Source: Eledone cirrhosa (taxonomy: Eukaryota). From it: DNA of 64,000 nt. Shown here piece after piece: positions 57,010 through 64,000 of the stretch; within the stretch, counting starts at the first letter, position 1, and each line of letters starts with the position of its first letter. Both the position numbers and the translations under genes were made by a program. The stretch covers positions 218,426,001-218,490,000 of the forward strand of contig OZ024743.1 of the NCBI GenBank assembly GCA_964016885.1. Reading direction: 5' to 3'. The notes under the pieces were generated by a model. The model was not told the origin of the DNA. It made no database searches and saw only the letters and a program-made list of their open reading frames with translations.

Positions 57010-57480
57010 TTTTAACTTCATGTTCATACCAGTCATGTTCATAGCAGTGTGGGATATCATAGTGACAGCATATGCTCCAGTGCAAGTATTAGCCAACTCG
57101 ATCATGCCTGGTTTTATATTCTGTAGGAGGAAAGAGTGAGCAACCAGCAACAGTGAGATCAATGTTCTTAAGTTCCTCATTGCAGAACCTGCACTTTGTG
57201 CCTGGCCCATTGTGCAAGATATTAGTTCTGGATAAGGAGACTCTGATCTTGAGTTGCTAAGATAAATCCTTCTGTTTCAGCTTTCAAACCAGTGCTATGC
57301 AGCCACTGATAGATTCTTTTCATATCTACATCAGCTTCTTTAGTTTATTTAGGGTATTGTGTATGCAATGTTTTTTCTTGCCACAGTCTTGACATTTTCT
57401 TGAAGCTTTCCTGTCATGACTTGTTCATACTCCTTTCTTGCCCATCGATTTTTAGTTGTTCTTTTGACATTTATTTGGCA
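57010..57480 (-). mobile_element. R4/Dong-like (RLE-type) non-LTR retrotransposon fragment
   Basis: Minus-strand translation: WQEKTLHTQY..YQWLHSTGLKAETEGFILATQDQSL, KCRFCNEE..VAGC (zinc knuckle), EYKTRHDRVG*YLHWSIC..WYEH. Confidence 0.8.
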
Positions 57481-57778
57481 TTTGTCTTAAGATGTCAGGA
57501 TTGATTTTTCGGTTCTGATTTCATTCAAGATCCTTTTCAGAGGAGTTCATTCCAGTTGCCAACTTTTCCACCTCAGGCTGTTTCCTCCCTGAGAGACAGA
57601 TCCCTTGCTGACCCATGAGACAAATGCTATGGTATAATTTGTTTCTAGTCTGCATTTTATATGAAGAATTCATTTTAATCTTATGGACAAGGAGTGATTT
57701 TCATCTCTACACTAGACAGATTCACTTCAAAAGGCTTAGAGGGATCTCTCTACCCTCATTTAGGTGACCTATGCTGTG

Positions 57779-57912
57779 CTGAACACCAGCCCAGTATTCA
57801 CAACCCCACAGCTGTGAGTTAAGCCATACTGAACACCAACCCAGTATTCACAACCCCACAGCTGTGAGTTAAGCCATACTGGACACCATCCCAGTATTTT
57901 AGACCCCACAGT
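57779..57912. repeat. 50-bp tandem repeat, ~2.6 copies
   Basis: ctgaacacc..cccagtatt..ccccacag at 57779, 57829, 57879. Confidence 0.85.
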
Positions 57913-57970
57913 TTACTATTATTTTCCTTATTTACAATAATATTGTAATATGCATGTATCTGGTTTCTAA

Positions 57971-59028
57971 CATGAAGGCTCAATAGATAACATAGAAATA
58001 AAGATCCTAGCCACATGTAAAATTGATGCAACACTCAAACAAATTATGGAAGCCACACACATAATAGAAGATAGTCTTAGCCTGAACAGAAAACACAAGC
58101 GGAATAGTAATAGCCCACAACTTAATGACAGAAGACAGAATAGAGAAAAAAAGGGCATAAAAAGCAAAACAGCAAACAATAAAAACCCAAACACACACAA
58201 AACACCCATAGACGTGACAAACACAAAAACATATATGCACATACAGAGACACATGTGCAAACACATGTGCAGTCGCGAAACATGGAAAATGCACCACAAA
58301 ACAAAGACAAGATGGAGTAGAAGTTTAAGACCAGGAAAAAGAAGAGGTACAACGCAGATAGTGATTGAGGAGGTCATAGAAAGTGTGACAAAAGAACTGA
58401 AAAACAACTGAACAATAAAACTAAAGATAAAGTGAAAATTATATAGCGCATGTGTTTCTTTCTATTGGCAATATTGGCAACATGACCATCCCCAAATATA
58501 ACATTGGTTTCAACACACAATTTCGCATCAATAATCTTTAAAGTATATATATATATATATATACGACGATCGAATTCCAACCATGACCATCTCCACTGAA
58601 AGTTTTCGTGAAATAGTCTTTTCAAGACTATACAGAACATTTGTAGTTGTCCCAAATTGAAGGATGAGTATTTTAAACTTTATTTTATCATGAGGTAAGG
58701 CTCTATTGATTTCTCCCTGGATTTCACTAAATTCTGTTGGATAAATCTATATCCTGATTCTTTTTGAATTGAGTTTGAATTATTTTTCCCACATCTTACA
58801 TTAACTATTTTCCCATTTTGATGCTATAGTCACTTATATATTATGGAATACTGTTGGCTTCTTGCTACAATACTTTCTATACCTTTCATTTATATATATA
58901 TATATGTTGATTCAACTTGGATTGCCTCAAAAACATAACCTTATTATGTAACAAGCTGTCTGATGATGTCACGACACTCGCACACAGAACAGTGTGGCCA
59001 GTGTCGTCATTGAAATATATATCACAGC
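57971..59028 (+). mobile_element. Penelope-like element remnant (GIY-YIG C-terminus, 3' region, hammerhead)
   Basis: HEGSIDNIEIKILATCKIDATLKQIMEATHIIEDSLSLNRK resembles PLE endonuclease C-termini; hammerhead at 58955. Continuity of the interval is inferred. Confidence 0.55.
58955..59028 (+). ncRNA. Type I hammerhead ribozyme motif
   Basis: GCTGT-CTGATGA-stem II (ACGACACT/AGTGTCGT, CACAC/GTGTG)-GAAA-TATATA-TC-ACAGC; stem I is a perfect 5 bp, base of stem II imperfect. Confidence 0.7.
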
Positions 59029-59029
59029 A

Positions 59030-59190
59030 TTGACGCCATGCTTTCTAGCATAGTTACGTCCCTTTACAGTCTGAGTTCAAATCCCGCCGAGGTTAACTTT
59101 GCCTTTCATCCTTACGGGGTCGATAAAATAAAGTACCAGTAATGTACTGGGTAATTGCTGGCCTTATGCCTAAAGTAGAAACAATTATTA
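59030..59190 (+). mobile_element. SINE family B, 5'-truncated
   Basis: B-box, core and tail. Confidence 0.85.
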
Positions 59191-59192
59191 TT

Positions 59193-59232
59193 AAAGGACT
59201 TGAACATCTGAAACTACTTCGCTTTTCCTTAT

Positions 59233-59263
<31 letters not shown>

Positions 59264-59318
59264 TAGGGTATAATATATAAAGGACTTGAACATCTGAAAC
59301 TACTTCGCTTTTCCTTAT

Positions 59319-59349
<31 letters not shown>

Positions 59350-59402
59350 TAGGGTATAATATATAAAGGACTTGAACATCTGAAACTACTTCGCTTTTCC
59401 TT

Positions 59403-59430
<28 letters not shown>
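59193..59430. repeat. 86-bp tandem repeat, ~2.7 copies, each containing (TA)n
   Basis: aaaggacttgaacatctgaaactacttcgcttttccttattcta at 59193, 59279, 59365. Confidence 0.9.
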
Positions 59431-59439
<9 letters not shown>

Positions 59440-59864
59440 TTGTATATATATATATACAATACAGGTGTATCTGCATAATCAAGTACAGATAAAAAAAAAT
59501 AAACAGAGCTACACATGTTAACAGATATATATGTTAACTACAGAACACATTATAAATAAATATGTCTATACATCTGTGTAGATACATATAGACAGAAACG
59601 TATACACACAGATTATTAGTGAAAACCAGACATTTGGCAATTTCCATTTGAAAACATAAATTGTAAACTACAAGTATTTATCTTGACATATTACTTATGG
59701 CAAAAAGTTATAAACATATAGACAAAGATAATGAGAAACAAGGGACATAAATGTGTATACAATAGGTAATAGACAAAATACAGACAGGATAACTATAAGT
59801 ATATGTGTGAATAAGACGTAACTACTACAATGGCAACAACCATGCAGATAATAATAATAATAAT

Positions 59865-59968
59865 AATTGTTTCTACTATTGGCACAAGGCCAGCAATTAC
59901 CCAGTACATTACTGGTACTTTATTTTATCGACCCCGTAAGGATGAAAGGCAAAGTTAACCTTGGCGAG
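59865..59968 (-). mobile_element. 5'-truncated SINE family B
   Basis: Core and tail. Confidence 0.8.
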
Positions 59969-60253
59969 GTATACATACACACCTAAGCACCAATGTATGC
60001 AAACATACACATACATATATAGGCATAAATATACATAAATATACATACATATGCATGAATATACATACATAAGCATCATCAACATCATCATCATTTTATC
60101 TCAGCTTTTCCATGATGATATGGTTAGGACAGATCATATCAGATGAAGTCAGTATTTAATCAGAGTTACAGTCCTCCTAGATGAGTTAGGGGTATGTTTC
60201 TCTCAATTTAATCTGTTTTTCTATGGTTTCTACATATATATATATATATATAT

Positions 60254-61270
60254 ATACAAAGTTTGTCCCAAAAGTAAGGGTACTGATGTCTTATTTAAAT
60301 GTATATTAGACATACATGAAATAACAAGTTATCTCCTTCTAAATATGACTCTTGGGAAGTCACAGAGTGGTTCCAACGTGTTTCCCATTGATCAAAGCTG
60401 TACTAGAAGTTATTTTCTGTGAGTGTCCTTGACTTTTTGGTTACAATTTTTTTGTATGTTTGCCACAGTCCCAAAATGATGTCCCTTCAACTTCGATTTC
60501 AATATAGGGACGAAGTAAAATTCACATGGAGCTAGATCTCAGCTGTAGGGTGGGTGTGGGAATGTTTTTCTTCACCAGAAATTATATAATTGAAAGTCCT
60601 GTGTGAGCAGGCCCATTATCATTGTGCAGTAGCCAATCTCCTGCAATGTCCTTTCAGATTCATTGGACCCCTTTTCAAAGTCATTCCAAGACATCTTTGT
60701 AGAAGATACAATTAACTGTCTGTGCTGGAGGTAAAAGTTCTTTGTGAACAATACCACAGCTGTTGAAAAAAAATGATAATCAGCATTTTCCTCTGGATCT
60801 GTTCGTGTGTGCTTTCTTTGGATGATGAGAATTTTTCGTGTACCTATCCTCACTTTGCTGTTTTGTTTCTGGATTGCACTCAAACATCCATGATTCATCT
60901 CCTGTTATTACCTTATCCAAGAAATTTGGCAGAATTTTGTGTCGTTCTAGCAAATCCTGACAAAATTTCCAATTGGTTTGCTTTTTGCTCCATAGACAAG
61001 TGTTTAGACACTAGTTTTGCAAATGGTCTGTTTAAATTCTGTGAAATGCATTTTTATCCAAGATTATTTCTTCTGAAATCATCTTAACACTTAATCAGCA
61101 ATCTTTCACCATCACTGCATACATTACTTCCAAATTTTGTTCATTTGTTTACAAGATTGGCCTTCCAGAAGAAGGTTTGTCTTCAACATTTTTTCAGCCC
61201 TCTTTCAAAGCTTTGTGCCACTTAAAAACCTTACTTCTCGATAGAGTGGCACTGCCATAAACTTGTGTTA
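60254..61270 (-). mobile_element. Decayed mariner transposon
   Basis: HPPYS*DLAPCEFYF..LKSKLKGHHF (YSPDLAPxD motif), HNDNGPAH, SMSKKQT; TIR-like TACAAAGTTTGTCCCAAAAG at a TA. Confidence 0.85.
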
Positions 61271-61311
61271 AAAGAGAGAATAAACAACATTAATAAATGT
61301 TGAATACTTAC

Positions 61312-61403
61312 TTTGTAATAAATTCTTTCTTGCTTTAACAAAGGCCATGATATCCGAATCAACTTGAGCATCTCCTGTTAATGGAATCTCACCATGTTTT
61401 AAT
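61312..61403 (-). CDS. KIF6: Penultimate coding exon of kinesin-like protein KIF6 (kinesin-9)
   Basis: AG acceptor (TTTTTCTGTGTTTAG) and GTAAGT donor; encodes LKHGEIPLTGDAQVDSDIMAFVKARKNLLQ, matching the KIF6 C-terminal motif IPLTGDSQTDSDIIAFIKARQ as recalled from vertebrate KIF6. Confidence 0.8.
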
Positions 61404-61509
61404 CTAAACACAGAAAAATGAGGGGTAAGCAGCTATGAGATTATTTACAGCTAATACACAGAATGGCTAAATATATATTCAATGGACAATATAAAATTTC
61501 ATATTCAAC

Positions 61510-61800
61510 TCATCATCATTATCATCATCACCATTTAACGTCCATTTTCTATGCTAGCATGGGTTAGACAGGTTGTCCCATTGTGAGAAAAGTTAGATCA
61601 GATGACAATGTCTTGCTCACACAGAACCATTTCTGGCTTGGTTTCTATATCTGGATGCCCTTCCTAAAGCAAACCACATTTACAATGTGGACTGGGTGCT
61701 TTTTATCATTGCACCAAAATGACCTCTTTACAATGTGGACTCGGCGCTTTTTGTCCTGACATCTACACAACCACTTTATAGTGTGGACTGGGCACTTTTG
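61510..61800 (-). mobile_element. RTE-tailed SINE or RTE 3' UTR fragment
   Basis: (CAT)n plus ggatgcccttcctaa; similar copies at 62250-62410, 6020-6240, 6980-7100. Confidence 0.7.
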
Positions 61801-62449
61801 TTAACTGATTATATAAAAACTTACATTCAATTGACTCTATAACAATTCCTATTTAACTAATGATATAACAATATATATTCCATTATATATAAATATATAT
61901 TCAACCAATGATATAGAAAATTGTATTCATTTGAAGATATGAATATCTATAATTAACCGACTATATAAAAATATATTTTTAACTGATTATATAAATTTCT
62001 ACTCAGTTAACTCTATAAAAATAATTACTGAACTGATTATATATAAATATGTATTTAATAAACTTTATAAAAACCTGACTATACAAATATTTATATTCAA
62101 CTGAATATATGAATATTATATTAAACAGGTGAAAACATTGATATTAAACAGGTTTTATAAAACTTGATAGTTAACTTTATATTTAAATAAGTATATAAAA
62201 CTATATAAAAATTTATATTCAACTGCCTATAGAGAATCTTATATTCAAATCACCGTTTAACATCCATTTTTCTACACTAGCATGGGTTGGATGAGTTGTC
62301 CCATTGTGAAACAAGCCAGGTCAGATGACTGTGTCTTGCTCATACAGAACTGATTCTGGCTTGATATCTATGGCTGGATGCCCTTCCTAATGTCAACCAC
62401 ATTTACAGTGCCTAAAGAGAATCTTATATTCAAATTACTATATTAAAGT

Positions 62450-63024
62450 AAATTTCTTTAAGTCGTTTGGAAGCCTCGACAATGCAGATGGGTAAATCTC
62501 CGGGTAACAAGATCCGGTGGTGGAGAGAGAGATGTAAGTGGGTGTACGTTGAGATGTGTGGCGTGTAGAAGACTGTAGCATGTAGAAGAATGTAGGAAAG
62601 AGCGTAAAGGATAAAAATAAAAATAATAACACGAGATAGAGTTACCTTGGGAGAGATTTAATTGTCCCTATATATTTCGGATTCACATCCATCAACTGGG
62701 GTTTTTTTCCGGGAGGCCCCGGAAAAAACCCCCAGTTGATGGATGTGAATCCGAAATATATAGGGACAATTAAATCTCTCCCAAGGTAACTCTATCTCGT
62801 GTTATTATTTTTATTTTTATCCTTTACGGTCTTTCCTACATTCTTCTACATGCTACAGTCTTCTACACGCCACACATCTCAACGTACACCCACTTACATC
62901 TCTCTCTCCACCACCGGATCTTGTTACCTGGAGATTTACCCATCTGCATTGTTGAGGCTTCCAAACAACTTAAAGAAATTTACCTTATTATTCCACAATG
63001 CTTCAAGCAAACTTCAATACTCTG
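62450..63024. mobile_element. Palindromic insertion, probably Penelope-type inverted pseudo-LTRs, with 15-bp TSD
   Basis: Inverted arms 62448-62713 and 62718-62983; TSD ttactatattaaagt at 62435-62449 and 63025-63039; hammerhead-like motif in each arm. Confidence 0.7.
62729..62765 (+). ncRNA. Minimal type I hammerhead-like motif, variant core CAGUUGA (mirror copy 62666-62701 on minus)
   Basis: CCC-CAGTTGA-T-GGAT-GTGA-ATCC-GAAA-TATA-TA-GGG, then ATTAAA. Confidence 0.55.
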
Positions 63025-63683
63025 TTACTATATTAAAGTTTATATTCAGATCAACTATCAAATCATATATATTCAACTGACCAGATAAACGTTTCTACTT
63101 ATCTAGTGATATAAGAATGTATACATAAAAATTCAATGCAACATCAGATGAACAACTGGCTGTATAAACTATTAAACTAACAATAACAAAATTATATTTA
63201 GTTGACTATTATTTTTCTGTTGCATGATCCAGTATTTTAAAATGGTACTCTCAATTAAATCCTTTAAAACCATACAAAACCAGATTGCTAGTTTGAGAGC
63301 TGATGGGGGTGAAGATGTGTGTGTGTGAACTTGTCTTGTACATCGCCTTTCTTTATTTTCTTCTTTCAATCACTTCTATGCACCAACACATTGTCCTCCT
63401 CCTCTTTCAATCTTTTCTATATTTTATTTGCTTGTCACCCACCTCATTAATTGTCTCTCTGCCAATCCAAGGCCACTGGTTTCTGTCCTCTGAGGTATTT
63501 TTGCTCATTGTTGTCATTGACAGCATATGGCTGTTTTAATGTCTGTTCTAGCAATGAGTTTTCTCATTTTTATGTGAACTATATAGATATCCAACTAACT
63601 ATATAAGAACTTAAATTAAACTGACTATACATGAAAATGTGTATTCAATTGTCTATACACATTTTTCTAGTCATTATTATCAA

Positions 63684-63866
63684 GGGCGGTGGATTGGCAG
63701 TATCAGTAGAGGGTCGGACGCCATGCTTTGATGCATAGAGTTACGGCCCTTGCCATTCTGAGTTCAAATCCCGCCGAGGTTAACTTTGCCTTTCATCCTT
63801 ACGGGGTCGATAAAATAAAGTACCAGTAATACACTGGGTAATTGTGCCAAAAGTAGAAACAATTAT
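63684..63866 (+). mobile_element. SINE family B, full length
   Basis: GGCGGTGGATTGGCAGTATC head, B-box GAGTTCAAATCCC, core and tail; flanked by attattatca. Confidence 0.9.
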
Positions 63867-64000
63867 TATCATGATGACAATATAAAAATTCATATTCAAC
63901 TGACTACATAAAAATATATATCCAACTGTCTGAATAAAAACATTATCTAACTGATTATATTAATATCCCTTTTCAATTATTAGTGCTGGAGGGGTCTTTA

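Larger units (their letters stand above)
61800..63960. repeat. Degenerate ~28-30 bp tandem repeat (aactgactatataaaaatttatattc) interrupted by insertions
   Basis: Recurring 'aactga.tata..aaa..t.tattc'. Confidence 0.7.

Noticed and set aside
63684-63775. tRNA gene
   Set aside because: A and B boxes belong to a SINE head; no cloverleaf.

Overview
Repeat-rich, AT-rich animal genomic DNA. The SINE/RTE repertoire and giant microsatellites suggest an octopus or other cephalopod (inference). The one recognisable host gene is the 3' end of KIF6 on the minus strand: a penultimate exon at 61312-61403 and a probable last exon starting at 28828, separated by a ~32.5 kb intron. That intron holds a ~17 kb (TA)n-derived satellite with an assembly gap, a nearly intact RTE LINE (1008-aa APE-RT ORF with a C4HC3 PHD-like finger inside the RT region), and R4/Dong, mariner and Penelope-like fragments. 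The left third holds a decayed RepHel Helitron, several non-autonomous Helitrons (one carrying ~31 tandem NRF1-type GCGCATGCGC motifs), long (GGT)n/(GAT)n tracts, a Penelope-like element and a decayed hAT transposon. The most notable items are hammerhead-ribozyme-like motifs, several in Penelope-like contexts, two of which share the non-canonical core CAGUUGA (one inside a ~540 bp palindrome with a 15-bp TSD); the PHD-in-RT LINE; and the Helitron-borne motif array. All calls were made by eye; no searches were run.
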